Assembly (NCBI GenBank): GCA_030689765.1 | Contig: JAUYEP010000375.1 | Location: 1 to 41,946 of the forward strand | Direction: 5' to 3' | DNA: 41,946 bases | Source of the DNA: Methylovulum sp. | GTDB lineage: Bacteria > Pseudomonadota > Gammaproteobacteria > Methylococcales > Methylomonadaceae | Shown: positions 7,414 through 18,651 of the stretch, in pieces | Numbering within the stretch: position 1 is the stretch's first letter | How the letters are laid out: the number at the start of each line of letters is the position of its first letter | Made by a program: the position numbers and the translations under genes | Notes under the pieces: model-generated | The model's input: the letters and a program-made list of their open reading frames with translations, nothing else | The model's database searches: none | What the model was told of the DNA's origin: nothing

Positions 7414-8574
7414 CTAATCAGCCTGCCGTCTTAAAAAAGCCGGAATGTCCAGATAATCTAAATCAGCGTCTTTTTTAGGTTGTGCGCCAAAGCGCACTTC
7501 CCGGTTTTCGTGTTTGCCACCCTGGCGCATGACGGTTGGTTTATCCAGTTCATCATAATTGGTTACCGCCGCGATTGGTTTTTGCATGAGCTTGACTGGT
7601 GCCCTAACCGATGCGGGCGGTAAACCCATGCCGGTAGCAACGACGGTGACTTTAATTTCATCACCTAAAGTCGGGTCTATGGCGGTGCCAATTTTAATGA
7701 TGGCATCCTCTGACGCGAACTCATGGACGATATTGCCGACTTCATTAAATTCGGCGATACCCATATCGGAAGCAGAAATATTGACCAAAATGCCACGTGC
7801 GCCTTGCAGGTTGATGTCTTCCAGCAGAGGGCAAGCAATAGCTTTTTCAGCGGCTTCGCGTGCGCGATGCTCGCCCGATGCAGAACCCGAACCCATGATA
7901 GCTGCGCCCATGCCAGACATTACGGTCCTAACGTCGGCAAAATCGACGTTAATCATACCCGGATGGACAATCAGTTCAGTAATCCCTTGCACAGCATCCA
8001 GTAAGACATCATTAGCCGCTTTAAACGCATCCATCAAAGACACATTATTACCCAGCACCGGCAATAATTTCTGGTTGGGAATGGTTATCAACGAGTCAAC
8101 ATATTTTTCCAGCTCGATAATGCCTTGTTCGGCAACGGCTTGTTTCTTTTTGCCTTCAAACAAAAACGGCTTGGTGACGACGGCGACAGTCAAGATGCCC
8201 ATTTCCCGCGCAATTTCAGCAATTACCGGAATGGCGCCAGTACCTGTGCCGCCACCCATGCCGGCAGTCAGGAATACCATGTCCGCACCCTGTAACACTT
8301 CCTTGATGCGTTCTTTGTTCTCTTGTGCGGCGTGTTTACCAATATCAGGATTGGTACCAGCACCCAGTCCTTTAGTTAGTTCGACACCGAGCTGGATGAT
8401 TGTACCGACATTGAGCTTTCTTAATGCCTGTGCGTCGGTATTTGCACAGATAAATTCAACGCCCTCGATATGATTACCCACCATGTGGTTAACTGCATTA
8501 CCACCACCACCTCCCACACCAATAACCTTGATGACGGCAGTCTCGCTATACATATCCACCAATTCATATTTCAC
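7414..8574 (-). CDS. ftsZ: Cell division protein FtsZ
   Basis: GVGGGGGNAV, tubulin signature GGGTGTG, C-terminal LDIPAFLRRQAD; GTG start. Confidence 0.99.
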   Translation of the reverse strand: MKYELVDMYSETAVIKVIGVGGGGGNAVNHMVGNHIEGVEFICANTDAQALRKLNVGTIIQLGVELTKGLGAGTNPDIGKHAAQENKERIKEVLQGADMVFLTAGMGGGTGTGAIPVIAEIAREMGILTVAVVTKPFLFEGKKKQAVAEQGIIELEKYVDSLITIPNQKLLPVLGNNVSLMDAFKAANDVLLDAVQGITELIVHPGMINVDFADVRTVMSGMGAAIMGSGSASGEHRAREAAEKAIACPLLEDINLQGARGILVNISASDMGIAEFNEVGNIVHEFASEDAIIKIGTAIDPTLGDEIKVTVVATGMGLPPASVRAPVKLMQKPIAAVTNYDELDKPTVMRQGGKHENREVRFGAQPKKDADLDYLDIPAFLRRQAD

Positions 8575-8612
8575 AACACTACCCCTTAATTATGCTTACA
8601 TTATAAATAAGA

Positions 8613-8652
8613 CGGTTTCCTGTGAAGAATAGATCCGCCACACAGGAAACCG
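8613..8652. other. 12-bp stem-loop in the ftsA-ftsZ spacer
   Basis: CGGTTTCCTGTG (8613-8624) / CACAGGAAACCG (8641-8652) with a 16-nt loop. Confidence 0.6.
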
Positions 8653-8660
8653 CTTAATGC

Positions 8661-9890
8661 TTAAAAATTACCCTGAAACCAACTCTTAACTTTAACCAAC
8701 CAACCTTCGCCATCAGCGTCAATGCTTCTGCTTATGCCTTGATGGTCTTTGCCATACATTAACAAACCCACGCCGGTAGAATGGACTGGATTTTTTATCA
8801 CTTCTGTCAAACCGGCGACATTCTCAGGGCCACCCATACGAACCGGCATGTGAAAAATTTCTTCTGCCAATTCGATCAGTCCCCTTACTTTTGAACTGCC
8901 TCCTGTCAAAACTATACCGGCAGCAATTAGTTCTTCATTGCCGCTACGTCTGATTTCTGCCTGTACCAGCAGCATCAATTCTTCGTAACGCGGTTCGACA
9001 ATTTCTGCCAGGTTTTGCGTTGAAATTTTGCGCGGTGCCCGGTCGCCGATGCTGGGCACTTCGATAATCCCATCAACGCTGGCCAATTGCGTTAACGCAC
9101 AGGCATATTTGCGCTTTATGTCTTCTGCATTAACAGTGGGAGTACGCAGTGCGACGGCTATATCGTTGGTGACCTGATCGCCTGCTATAGGTATGACGGC
9201 GGTATGCTTGATTGCACCTTCAACAAATACCGCAATATCGGTGGTACCACCGCCCATATCGATTAAACAAACCCCCAATTCTTTTTCGTCTTCGGTCAAT
9301 ACCGAATTACAGGAAGCCAGTTGCTCCAAAACGAGATCTTCAACTTCCAGTCCGCAGCGGCGTATACATTTGATGATATTCTGCGATGCGCTGACGCTGC
9401 CTGTCACCATGTGCACCTTGGCCTCAAGACGTATGCCGGACATGCCGATAGGCTCTTTGATGCCATCCTGAAGATCGATGACAAATTCCTGCGGCAGGAT
9501 GTGCAATATTTTCTGATCGGCCGAAATGGCGACCGCCCGCGCAGAATCGATCACCCGGTCGATGTCGTATTGGGTGACTTCCTTATCTTTAATTGCCACC
9601 ACGCCGTGTGAGTTAAGGCTTCGGATATGGCTGCCAGCGATGCCTGCAAACACCGATTTAATCTGGCATCCAGCCATCAATTCGGCTTCTTCAATTGCCC
9701 GTTGTATCGATTGCACCGTTGATTCCAGATTAACGACGACACCTTTTCTCAGGCCGCGCGAGGGTGATGTCCCTATGCCAATGACTTCTATGTTACCGTC
9801 ACTGGTGATTTCACCCACAATAGCCGCGACTTTGGAGGTGCCTATATCCAAGCCGACGATCAAATTACGTTCTGTTCTATTTCTAGCCAT
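8661..9890 (-). CDS. ftsA: Cell division protein FtsA
   Basis: GLDIGTSK, IDMGGGTTD, VLTGGSS and a C-terminal amphipathic helix WLVKVKSWF. Confidence 0.99.
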   Translation of the reverse strand: MARNRTERNLIVGLDIGTSKVAAIVGEITSDGNIEVIGIGTSPSRGLRKGVVVNLESTVQSIQRAIEEAELMAGCQIKSVFAGIAGSHIRSLNSHGVVAIKDKEVTQYDIDRVIDSARAVAISADQKILHILPQEFVIDLQDGIKEPIGMSGIRLEAKVHMVTGSVSASQNIIKCIRRCGLEVEDLVLEQLASCNSVLTEDEKELGVCLIDMGGGTTDIAVFVEGAIKHTAVIPIAGDQVTNDIAVALRTPTVNAEDIKRKYACALTQLASVDGIIEVPSIGDRAPRKISTQNLAEIVEPRYEELMLLVQAEIRRSGNEELIAAGIVLTGGSSKVRGLIELAEEIFHMPVRMGGPENVAGLTEVIKNPVHSTGVGLLMYGKDHQGISRSIDADGEGWLVKVKSWFQGNF

Positions 9891-9895
9891 TTTGT

Positions 9896-10684
9896 TTACT
9901 CTGTCGCTGCTTTTGTGTGCTCATTTATTTCACTTTCCGGGTTTGCAATGCTTTTCCAGTCAATCTCAGCCGTTTCAGGAAGCCATGAAACGGCATAACC
10001 ATTGGGATACCGCAAATCAACGACGGCCATTGCATCAATCTGTTCGGGCTGTAATACCGCCAGGGTCTTCAAAAAACGTTGTAATTTTTTTAATTGTCCG
10101 TCACGCCCCAACAGTATCACCAAACCTGTTGTCAATTTGATCTTCCATGCCCACCTATCATTGACGTTAAATTCCGCCATTTCCAGCGATTGGTCCGCGA
10201 GCGCCGTTTTAATGCCCTTCATGATTTCCAGCACTTTCGTTTGTTGCTGGGCAGGACCAGTCAGTACCATCAAATGCTGATGCTGTACTAGCGACTTCGG
10301 TGTAAATATCACCCCTTGTTCCGTCATTAAACTGTCCTGGCCCCAGCGCACATAAGGTTTTTTTTCGCGTATCTTGATGTCGATTGCATCGGGCCATATC
10401 CGCTTGACCGCCACTGTTTCCACCCAAGGCAAGGTTGTTACCGCCCCGTGTATCGCCTGCATGTCTGAGTCAAAAAAACCAGTTGTGACTAATGGCTCTA
10501 ATACGGCCCGAAGCTCATCCTTGCCAAGGTACTGGAACACCCCTTCAGTCCGCACATATTTAACGGGCAAGGATGCCAATTTAAGGTGGAATTTTAGCTT
10601 TTCATTTTTATAAGCAAACAGCCCAACCAAACCCGTCAACACTAATAAACCGATCAGTAGGATTTTTGCGCCAACCTTGTCCAT
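9896..10684 (-). CDS. ftsQ: Cell division protein FtsQ
   Basis: N-terminal TM helix, POTRA LPWV...VKRIWPD, C-terminal DLRYPNGYAVSW; position between ddl and ftsA. Confidence 0.95.
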   Translation of the reverse strand: MDKVGAKILLIGLLVLTGLVGLFAYKNEKLKFHLKLASLPVKYVRTEGVFQYLGKDELRAVLEPLVTTGFFDSDMQAIHGAVTTLPWVETVAVKRIWPDAIDIKIREKKPYVRWGQDSLMTEQGVIFTPKSLVQHQHLMVLTGPAQQQTKVLEIMKGIKTALADQSLEMAEFNVNDRWAWKIKLTTGLVILLGRDGQLKKLQRFLKTLAVLQPEQIDAMAVVDLRYPNGYAVSWLPETAEIDWKSIANPESEINEHTKAATE

Positions 10685-11616
10685 TACGCCAAGCGGGTTT
10701 CCAGGCTGGTTTCAAGTATTCGCCAGACTAACGCGTCAAACGTTATACCCGCCTGTTTCGCCGCCATCGGCACCAGACTGTGATCGGTCATGCCTGGTAC
10801 GGTGTTTATTTCAATCAACTGATATTGCCCGTCATCATCAATAAAGACATCGACCCTGCTCCAGCCTTTAACGCCAACCACCTCGGCAGCGGTCAGCGCC
10901 AGTTTTTTTAAGGTTTGTTCCTGATCCTGGCTCAAACCGCAAGGGCAATGGTATTGTGTTGTCGTTGCGTTGTACTTGGCTTCGTAATCATAAAATGAAC
11001 GCGGCGTTTCTAGGCGAATCACCGGTAACGCCTCGTCTTGCAATATTCCAACCGTGTATTCCTTGCCTGTGACCCAACGCTCGGCATAAACATCGCATTT
11101 ATATTCCGCCGCCGTGTGCAATGCCTGTAACAACTCATCACGATCGAGGGCTTTGCCCATGCCTAGGCTGGAGCCTTCCTGTGCGGGCTTGACGATAACT
11201 GGAAATCCTAGTTTTGTAATACAGGTGTCCAGATCATCGGCGCTTTTCAATACATGCCATGTAGGCGTAACCATGCCATAGCCCTGCCAGCATAACTTGG
11301 TCCGAAGCTTATCCATCGTCAATGCCGAGGCCATCACGCCGCTGCCTGTGTATGGGATACCCATAGCTTCCAGCACACCTTGCAGCACACCGTCTTCACC
11401 GCCGCGCCCGTGGATAATGTTAAATACGCGATCCACTTTTTGGCCGCTTAAAGCCTCAATAGGACTGCCGGTCACATCGATTGCAACCGCATCCACACCT
11501 TGATTTTTCAACGCGCTATAAACCGCTGCACCGCTTCTTAGCGAAACCTCGCGTTCCGCTGCCGAGCCACCCATTATTACTGCAACTCGGCCAAATTGTT
11601 CAGGATTGCTAAACAT
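10684..11616 (-). CDS. ddl: D-alanine--D-alanine ligase
   Basis: GGSAAEREVSL, HGRGGEDG, EGSS, FYDYEAKY, EINTVPGMT. ATG at 11616 chosen; GTG at 11622 is an alternative. Confidence 0.97.
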   Translation of the reverse strand: MFSNPEQFGRVAVIMGGSAAEREVSLRSGAAVYSALKNQGVDAVAIDVTGSPIEALSGQKVDRVFNIIHGRGGEDGVLQGVLEAMGIPYTGSGVMASALTMDKLRTKLCWQGYGMVTPTWHVLKSADDLDTCITKLGFPVIVKPAQEGSSLGMGKALDRDELLQALHTAAEYKCDVYAERWVTGKEYTVGILQDEALPVIRLETPRSFYDYEAKYNATTTQYHCPCGLSQDQEQTLKKLALTAAEVVGVKGWSRVDVFIDDDGQYQLIEINTVPGMTDHSLVPMAAKQAGITFDALVWRILETSLETRLA

Positions 11617-12490
11617 AATCACCTACCATACAAACCTCCGTCTGCAAAACAACCCCGTGTTGTTCTTCAACATAGCGTTGAACATAGTTGATTAACGCTT
11701 CAATTTCGGCTGCCGTGGCATTACCGGTATTGACAATAAAATTAGCATGTTTCGGGGATACACACGCACCGCCTATCGCATAACCTTTTAACCCTGATTG
11801 CTCTATCAATCTTGCCGCAAAATCGCCCGTCGGATTTTTAAATACTGATCCACAACTAGGCTGGTTAGTTGGCTGGGTTTTTGCCCGTTGCTCCAGCAGA
11901 CCCTTGATTTTTTGCAGACTGGTTGAGGTATCACCTTGCGTCAGCATTAACTTGGCGGACAAAAACCATTCCCCCCCGTAACCTTTTACCGACCGGTAAG
12001 CAATCTTGAAGTCATCGTGATGGCGTTGTGTCACCTTGCCATCCGCATCAATCATGTCCACGTTTTTAACAATACCCCAGGTTTCCCCGCCAAAGGCACC
12101 GGCATTCATTTTTAAAGCGCCCCCCATCGTTCCGGGTATGCCTGCCAAAAATTCAGCGCCGACCAAGCCTTGTTCACCGCAAAAACGCGCCACATGCGCA
12201 CAGGGTACACCGGCTTCAACATAAACCGTTCCGTCATCTGTAAGGTGCATTTCTTTTAAGCGTCCTTTGGTGTTAATGACCGTACCGCGTATCCCACCGT
12301 CCCTGATTAACAGATTACTGCCCAAGCCCATCCAGAACACCGGTTCATCCGTAGGCAAACCTTTAACAAACCCAATCAAATCCTCCCGATCATGCGGGAC
12401 ATACAGGCGCTCGGCTGCACCGCCGACGCGCCAACTGGTATATTTCGCCAGTGTTTCATTAGGTAACAAACGTCCTTTCATCACTGTCAA
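11609..12490 (-). CDS. murB: UDP-N-acetylenolpyruvoylglucosamine reductase
   Basis: [44 protein letters not shown]. The start could be 12490, 12484 or 12481. Confidence 0.97.
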   Translation of the reverse strand: MTVMKGRLLPNETLAKYTSWRVGGAAERLYVPHDREDLIGFVKGLPTDEPVFWMGLGSNLLIRDGGIRGTVINTKGRLKEMHLTDDGTVYVEAGVPCAHVARFCGEQGLVGAEFLAGIPGTMGGALKMNAGAFGGETWGIVKNVDMIDADGKVTQRHHDDFKIAYRSVKGYGGEWFLSAKLMLTQGDTSTSLQKIKGLLEQRAKTQPTNQPSCGSVFKNPTGDFAARLIEQSGLKGYAIGGACVSPKHANFIVNTGNATAAEIEALINYVQRYVEEQHGVVLQTEVCMVGDYV

Positions 12491-13923
12491 TCAGCCAATG
12501 CTTCAGTTAGAAGCTGCGGGAGCTGTGCGGCAAACTGCCCGACATTACCCGCCCCCATCGTTAAAATGGCATCTCCAGCTTGCACAATACCCGCCAATAT
12601 TGTCGGTAATTCTTCAAAGGCATCGACAAATACCGGATCAACCTGCCCGCGCACACGAATGGCGCGGCTTAATGCGCGCCCGTCTGCACCTGGAATCGCT
12701 GTTTCGCCTGCCGAGTAGACTTCCATTAATATCAACACATCAACAGTGGACAATACCTGTACGAAATCTTCAAACAAATCCCGTGTCCGCGTATAGCGAT
12801 GCGGTTGAAAAACCACCACCGAGCGTCTGTCAGGCCACGCTTGGCGCAATGCTTCCAGCGTCGCCGCGATTTCACGAGGATGGTGCCCATAATCATCAAC
12901 CAGCGGCACAGCACCTACTTTGGGAAGATTAACCGTCGTGTGCTGAAAGCGTCTGCCTATACCTTTGAATGCCTCCAAACTTTTCATAATAGCGGCATCA
13001 TCGACGTTCAGTTTTGTTGCGACAGCTATAGCGGCCAGGGCATTAAGCATATTGTGCCAACCCGGCATATTTAACGTGACGTGCAACGCGGGATAATCGC
13101 CGCGCCGCAACACGCTGAACGCCGTTTGCAGGCCATCCTGTTTGATGTCCACGGCACGCACATCAGCCTCTTTATCGACACCATACGTCATAACCGGTTT
13201 GGATATTAGCGGCAAGATTTCCCTGATGCCACTATCATCCAGACATACCACGGCCAATCCATAAAACGGCAAGTGATGTAAAAATTCTATAAAGGTATCT
13301 TTTAAACGTTGATAGCTGTTTTGATAAGTCTCCATGTGATCTTGGTCAATATTGGTGACCACAGCAATCATCGGCTGCAAATATAAAAATGACGCATCGC
13401 TTTCATCAGCTTCAGCAACCAGATAATGCCCCAGCCCCAACTTGGCATTACTGCCCGCGCTGTTTAATCGGCCACCTATCACAAAAGTGGGGTCAAGCCC
13501 GCCTTCCGCCAGTAGGCTTGCCGTTAAACTCGTCGTTGTAGTTTTGCCATGCGTACCGGCAACGGCGATACCAAACCGAAAACGCATCAATTCAGCCAGC
13601 ATTTCGGCGCGTGGAATGACGGGTATCCGCTTTAAATAAGCTTCGTCAATTTCTTCATTACTGCGGTCAATCGCGCTCGACACCACGACAACATCAACCT
13701 GCGCTATATTTTCGCGCCGATGACCAATCGTGATGTCCACGCCCAACCCGGCCAACCGCTGCGTCACTGGGGTTTCTTTTATATCCGAACCAGAGACCTG
13801 ATAGCCCAGATTCGATAACACTTCTGCGATGCCGCTCATGCCAGTTCCACCGATACCGACAAAATGGATGCGCTCGATATTGCCCAGTGCTTGTACCATT
13901 GTCTTAATATGTGGGGCGTTCAT
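12487..13923 (-). CDS. murC: UDP-N-acetylmuramate--L-alanine ligase
   Basis: [47 protein letters not shown] at 13923 overlaps the murG stop (ATGA). Confidence 0.97.
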   Translation of the reverse strand: MNAPHIKTMVQALGNIERIHFVGIGGTGMSGIAEVLSNLGYQVSGSDIKETPVTQRLAGLGVDITIGHRRENIAQVDVVVVSSAIDRSNEEIDEAYLKRIPVIPRAEMLAELMRFRFGIAVAGTHGKTTTTSLTASLLAEGGLDPTFVIGGRLNSAGSNAKLGLGHYLVAEADESDASFLYLQPMIAVVTNIDQDHMETYQNSYQRLKDTFIEFLHHLPFYGLAVVCLDDSGIREILPLISKPVMTYGVDKEADVRAVDIKQDGLQTAFSVLRRGDYPALHVTLNMPGWHNMLNALAAIAVATKLNVDDAAIMKSLEAFKGIGRRFQHTTVNLPKVGAVPLVDDYGHHPREIAATLEALRQAWPDRRSVVVFQPHRYTRTRDLFEDFVQVLSTVDVLILMEVYSAGETAIPGADGRALSRAIRVRGQVDPVFVDAFEELPTILAGIVQAGDAILTMGAGNVGQFAAQLPQLLTEALAD

Positions 13924-14975
13924 AAACCGGCCTCTGCCATACAAATGCCTGCAACCATTTCAGTGGCATCCAGCCGCGCGCACTGTTTTGCGGCTTTGCC
14001 CAAAGCATCGAGATTATTGATGGCCTCAGTGATTTTTACCGCCAGTGTTGAGGCGCTCAACTCTTTCTGCATCAGCAGGATACCTGCGCCGGCATCGGTT
14101 AAGTACCTTGCATTGGCAGTCTGATGGTCATCAATAGCGCCAGGCAACGGGATGAAAATGGCAGGCACACCGAGGGCAGACACTTCGCTGACCGTCATCG
14201 CGCCTGCCCTGCATATCAGCAAATCCGCCCATTGGTAGATGGCGACCATATCATCAAAAAATGCGCTCACTTCGGCGCTAACCCCTGATGTTTTATAGTG
14301 GCCTGTCACTTGTGCCAGCATTGTCGCACCGGTTTGATGTTTAATTTTTATACCGGTCAATTGCGCGGCTGCTTCCGGAACCACTTCGTTTAATATCTGT
14401 GCGCCCTGGCTACCGCCGATCACCAAAATGTTTATAATTTGCTTAGTCGGGCTGTCATCAGCATCGGGTAGGTTTAAAAACTGTTTTCTCAAGGGATTAC
14501 CTGTGCATACCGCATGTACCGAGGGCTTAAAACTGCCTGGAAACGCCTCCAATATCTGATTGGCCACATGCGCCAGCAACCGGTTTGTAGTGCCGGGAAC
14601 CCGGTTTTGCTCATGGATGACTAACGGAAGGCCTAATAATTTTGCCATCAAACCTCCAGGCCCCGCGACAAATCCACCCATGCCCAACACCACATCCGGT
14701 TTGCGCCGTCGCAGTATCTTGGCGGCTTGCAGACAAGCCTTGAATAACTTGAAAACAGCGGCGATTTTTGCTGCCAAACCTTTACCACGCACACCAGCAA
14801 CCGACAACCAGTCCATTTCAATACCGTGTTCCGGAATGACACGGCTTTCCAAGCCTTTTTGTGTGCCTAACCAGCTCACTTGCCAGCCTTTTTCGATAAG
14901 CAATTGGGCAACCGCCAGCGCAGGGAAAACATGCCCACCGGTGCCACCTGCCATAATAACAATACGCTTAGCCAT
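13920..14975 (-). CDS. murG: Undecaprenyl-PP-MurNAc-pentapeptide GlcNAc transferase
   Basis: [41 protein letters not shown]. Confidence 0.98.
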   Translation of the reverse strand: MAKRIVIMAGGTGGHVFPALAVAQLLIEKGWQVSWLGTQKGLESRVIPEHGIEMDWLSVAGVRGKGLAAKIAAVFKLFKACLQAAKILRRRKPDVVLGMGGFVAGPGGLMAKLLGLPLVIHEQNRVPGTTNRLLAHVANQILEAFPGSFKPSVHAVCTGNPLRKQFLNLPDADDSPTKQIINILVIGGSQGAQILNEVVPEAAAQLTGIKIKHQTGATMLAQVTGHYKTSGVSAEVSAFFDDMVAIYQWADLLICRAGAMTVSEVSALGVPAIFIPLPGAIDDHQTANARYLTDAGAGILLMQKELSASTLAVKITEAINNLDALGKAAKQCARLDATEMVAGICMAEAGL

Positions 14976-16152
14976 TTTTTGCTTTAACCTTTACTCGTGG
15001 TGCAGGTATATCATTGGCATTGATTTCTGCTATTTCACTAGATACCCGAAATAACAGCCCGACCGCACAGCACATAATCATCATGCTACCCCCGCCATAA
15101 CTCATTAATGGCAAGGTCAACCCTTTGGTCGGCAACATGCCCATGTTAACCCCCATATTGACGAATGCCTGAAAGCCAAACCAAATGCCCAGACCATAAG
15201 CGATATACGCTGAAAATGGCTCATCTGCTTGCTCAGCCCTAAATCCAATTTGAAATGCCCGCAAGATCAATATCGAAAATAAACCGACAACGGTTAACAC
15301 GCCCAATAAGCCCAATTCTTCGGCCACCACCGAAAATAGAAAATCGGTGTGCGCCTCGGGCAAATAAGATAGTTTCTGGATACCACTACCCAGACCTACG
15401 CCCAGCACTTCGCCCCGACCAAATGAAATAAGCGCCTGGACCAACTGAAAGCCAGTATTCAACGGATCTGCCCACGGATTTAAAAAACTGGTTACCCGGA
15501 TCATGCGGTAAGGTTCAATAATCACCACCAGCGCAGCCAGTGCGCCCACACCGGCAAACAGCATCACAAACTGCGACAATCTTGCCCCAGCCAAAAACAG
15601 GGTACCCATCGCTATAATCAAAATGACGACAGCCGATCCAAAATCAGGCTCCAGCAACAGCAACACGCTTGCGATTGAAAACAGGAATAACGGCTTGAGC
15701 AGACCAAAAGCAGATTCACGTAAAGCTTGCTGGTGCCGGGTGACGTAACCCGCCATATAAATCACGGCAAAAAATTTGACCACTTCCGATACCTGTATCC
15801 TCAATCCGCCCAAGGATAACCAACGGGTACTGCCGTTTACTTTTACACCTAAACCCGGCACCATCACGATGATCAGTAAAAACAGCCCAACAAGAAACAG
15901 CAATGGCCCTATTTTTTCCCAGTTGCACATAGGCACTGTCGCAATATAGCTGCCCAACACAACGCCAAGCCCTATATGTATCAGCTGCTTAAGCGGATAA
16001 TTCCAGATATTGTCAAGCATTTTCGAACCCAGATGTATCGATGACGAAGCCACCATGACATAGCCGAACAATAATAAGCTTACGCAGACAGCTAGCAGCA
16101 GAGTATCCAGATGAAACCGGCCAAGCTTTGATGCTTTGACTTTTCTGTTCAT
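14968..16152 (-). CDS. ftsW: Peptidoglycan glycosyltransferase FtsW
   Basis: SEDS motifs RW, LLEPDFGS, LPEAHTDF, LPLMSYGG. Start moved to ATG 16152 (SD AAGGA); the longer ORF-track start overlaps murD. Confidence 0.96.
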   Translation of the reverse strand: MNRKVKASKLGRFHLDTLLLAVCVSLLLFGYVMVASSSIHLGSKMLDNIWNYPLKQLIHIGLGVVLGSYIATVPMCNWEKIGPLLFLVGLFLLIIVMVPGLGVKVNGSTRWLSLGGLRIQVSEVVKFFAVIYMAGYVTRHQQALRESAFGLLKPLFLFSIASVLLLLEPDFGSAVVILIIAMGTLFLAGARLSQFVMLFAGVGALAALVVIIEPYRMIRVTSFLNPWADPLNTGFQLVQALISFGRGEVLGVGLGSGIQKLSYLPEAHTDFLFSVVAEELGLLGVLTVVGLFSILILRAFQIGFRAEQADEPFSAYIAYGLGIWFGFQAFVNMGVNMGMLPTKGLTLPLMSYGGGSMMIMCCAVGLLFRVSSEIAEINANDIPAPRVKVKAKNG

Positions 16153-16162
16153 GACTATTCCT

Positions 16163-17569
16163 TCATCCAGCCAGAGCCAGTACGGCTTTGGTAAATTTTT
16201 CGCCCCTATCCTGATAATTTTTATATTGATCAAGGCTTGCACAGGCGGGTGAAAGCAATACGCTGTCACCACTTGTCGCAAGCCTGGCTGCAATCTGCAC
16301 CGCCTGCACCATGTTTTCAGCGGCATATACCGGCACAGCAGAGTTTTTTAACGCCTGCTCTATCAACGGCGCATCTTTACCCATCAAAACAACACTTTTG
16401 GCCTTGCCCCTGATGACCGGCGACAGTTCATTCATGTCAGCACCTTTAGCATCGCCACCGGCAATAAGTATTACCTTACGCACATAGCCTTCGAGCGCTG
16501 CAATACATGCGCCGATATTGGTTGCTTTGGAATCATTAATCCAGGTGACACCGCGTATTTTGGCAACACGCTGCATTCTGTGCTCCAGTCCTTTAAAATT
16601 ACGCAATGCACTGCACATTGCCTGTACATCCAAACCAACAGCAACACCTAACGCTAACGCAGCCAACGCATTAGCCGCATTATGGCGGCCTTCCAGAGGC
16701 AACTCTGCCAGTGGCATCAGCGGTTGATCCCTGTACATCAAATATTCGGTATTGGAGGGGGATAGGCTACCGTCAGCAGTGTTTTTATTGGCAAGGTAAA
16801 AGTCAGCCGTTTGTTTAATGGAAAAAGTCAGCGTCTGTCTGCCTGCATCCATCATGGCATTAACTACCTTATCATCAGCATTGATAACCATAATGCCATT
16901 GCCGTTAAAAATACGTTGTTTTTCCTGTGCGTATCCAGCTATATCCGCATGCCGGTCCAAATGGTCAGCGCTTACATTCAGCACGGTTGCTGCCGCAGCA
17001 TTTAGGACTGAAGTCCGCTCTAATTGAAAACTGGATAGTTCAAGCACATATAAATCGGCTTGGTGGGCTAATAAATCCAAGGCAGGAATGCCTAAATTGC
17101 CGCCAACTGCCGCATGTTTTCCAGCCGCTTTCACCATATCGCCGACCATAGTCGTCACTGTGCTTTTGCCATTGGAACCGGTAATGGCAATAATCGGCTT
17201 ATCGACAGAACAAGCAAGCAGATCAATGTCGCTGACTATTTTTGAGCCATTGGCAATCGCCTTCATTATCGGCTTTTCATTGAGCGATAAACCTGGGCTA
17301 ACGACCAGATGGGTTGCCACTTTGAAAGCGGCATCATCAAAACCGCCCGTAAAAACGGGCGTATCAGGCATCAGCTCAAAAAACTCATCTATTAACGGAG
17401 GCTTGTCACGACTGTCAATGATCGCGAACTTAAACCCCATCTGTTGTAAATAACGCGCAACGGAAATCCCCGTACTGCCAAGACCGACCACCAATACCTT
17501 GGACGTTTGCGGATCGAGGGCAAAATGTTTTTTTAATAAATTTAAAACCGCTGCCGTTTCCATTGTCAT
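16163..17569 (-). CDS. murD: UDP-MurNAc-L-Ala--D-glutamate ligase
   Basis: [44 protein letters not shown]. Confidence 0.98.
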   Translation of the reverse strand: MTMETAAVLNLLKKHFALDPQTSKVLVVGLGSTGISVARYLQQMGFKFAIIDSRDKPPLIDEFFELMPDTPVFTGGFDDAAFKVATHLVVSPGLSLNEKPIMKAIANGSKIVSDIDLLACSVDKPIIAITGSNGKSTVTTMVGDMVKAAGKHAAVGGNLGIPALDLLAHQADLYVLELSSFQLERTSVLNAAAATVLNVSADHLDRHADIAGYAQEKQRIFNGNGIMVINADDKVVNAMMDAGRQTLTFSIKQTADFYLANKNTADGSLSPSNTEYLMYRDQPLMPLAELPLEGRHNAANALAALALGVAVGLDVQAMCSALRNFKGLEHRMQRVAKIRGVTWINDSKATNIGACIAALEGYVRKVILIAGGDAKGADMNELSPVIRGKAKSVVLMGKDAPLIEQALKNSAVPVYAAENMVQAVQIAARLATSGDSVLLSPACASLDQYKNYQDRGEKFTKAVLALAG

Positions 17570-18648
17570 CTCAACTTTAATGTTGCCAAACCGATCAATA
17601 CCAAAATAACGGTGATGATCCAGAAACGCACGATAACCCGCGGTTCCGGCCAGCCTTTTAATTCAAAATGATGATGTATCGGCGCCATGCGGAAAACCCG
17701 TTTGCCGGTCATTTTGAAAGAGGCCACCTGAATAATGACCGACAAGGTTTCCATGACAAACACCCCGCCCATGATCATCAACACAATTTCCTGTCTGACC
17801 AGAACAGCCAAGACGCCTAATGCAGCGCCTAATGCCAGTGCGCCAACGTCGCCCATGAATACCATCGCGGGATAGGTGTTAAACCATAAAAATCCAAGTC
17901 CCGCACCCACCAGCGCAGCACAAAATACAATTAACTCGCCAGCATTCGGCAAGTAAGGGATTGCCAGATATTGTGAAAACTCAATATGACCGGAAAGATA
18001 AGCAAAAACGCCTAAACCGGAAGCCACCATTACTGTCGGCATAATCGCCAGACCGTCCAGACCGTCTGTTAAATTGACGGCATTGCTGGTGCCAACAATA
18101 ACAAAATAGGCCAGTACGACATACATCCAACCCATATCCAGCATAAAGCCTTTAAAAAAGGGCAGGATAAATTGTGTTTCTGCGGGCAAAACGGCTGTTT
18201 TATATAAAAAAACAGCCGCGACCAGACCTATTAGGGACTGCGCCAAATATTTCGCTTTTGCGGATAAACCATCACTGTTGCGCTTGACCACTTTTCTATA
18301 ATCATCGATAAACCCGATGATGCCGTAGCCCATCGTGACCAATAAAATGACCCAGATATAGCGGTTGCCAAGATCCGCCCACAGCAGGGTGCTGATGGCA
18401 ATCGCCACTAAAATCAATGTGCCGCCCATGGTTGGCGTGCCGGCTTTTTCGTAATGTGATTGTGGGCCCAATTCACGGATGCTCTGGCCAATCTTGTTGC
18501 CTTTTAATTTTCTGATCATTACCGGCCCGATAATGAACGAGATCATTAATGACGTCAGTACGCCGAGAATGGCCCGAAACGTCAGGTAATGAAAAACCCT
18601 GAAACCGCCATCGAAGCTCATTAAATAATCTGCCAAGTAAAGTAACAT
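17566..18648 (-). CDS. mraY: Phospho-N-acetylmuramoyl-pentapeptide transferase
   Basis: 360 aa; [34 protein letters not shown]. Confidence 0.99.
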   Translation of the reverse strand: MLLYLADYLMSFDGGFRVFHYLTFRAILGVLTSLMISFIIGPVMIRKLKGNKIGQSIRELGPQSHYEKAGTPTMGGTLILVAIAISTLLWADLGNRYIWVILLVTMGYGIIGFIDDYRKVVKRNSDGLSAKAKYLAQSLIGLVAAVFLYKTAVLPAETQFILPFFKGFMLDMGWMYVVLAYFVIVGTSNAVNLTDGLDGLAIMPTVMVASGLGVFAYLSGHIEFSQYLAIPYLPNAGELIVFCAALVGAGLGFLWFNTYPAMVFMGDVGALALGAALGVLAVLVRQEIVLMIMGGVFVMETLSVIIQVASFKMTGKRVFRMAPIHHHFELKGWPEPRVIVRFWIITVILVLIGLATLKLR

Positions 18649-18651
18649 CTT

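Noticed and set aside
7559-8473. 304-aa + strand ORF antisense to ftsZ, and similar long antisense ORFs across the dcw cluster
   Set aside because: They mirror conserved genes codon for codon and show no independent motifs.
16153-16326. 58-aa N-terminal extension of FtsW
   Set aside because: It overlaps murD in another frame, and a good SD precedes ATG 16152.
16748-16790. Short extra loop in MurD ([14 protein letters not shown]), and similar small loops in MurE and MurF
   Set aside because: They lie in normally variable loops and I saw no shared DNA motif; this cannot be assessed without alignments.
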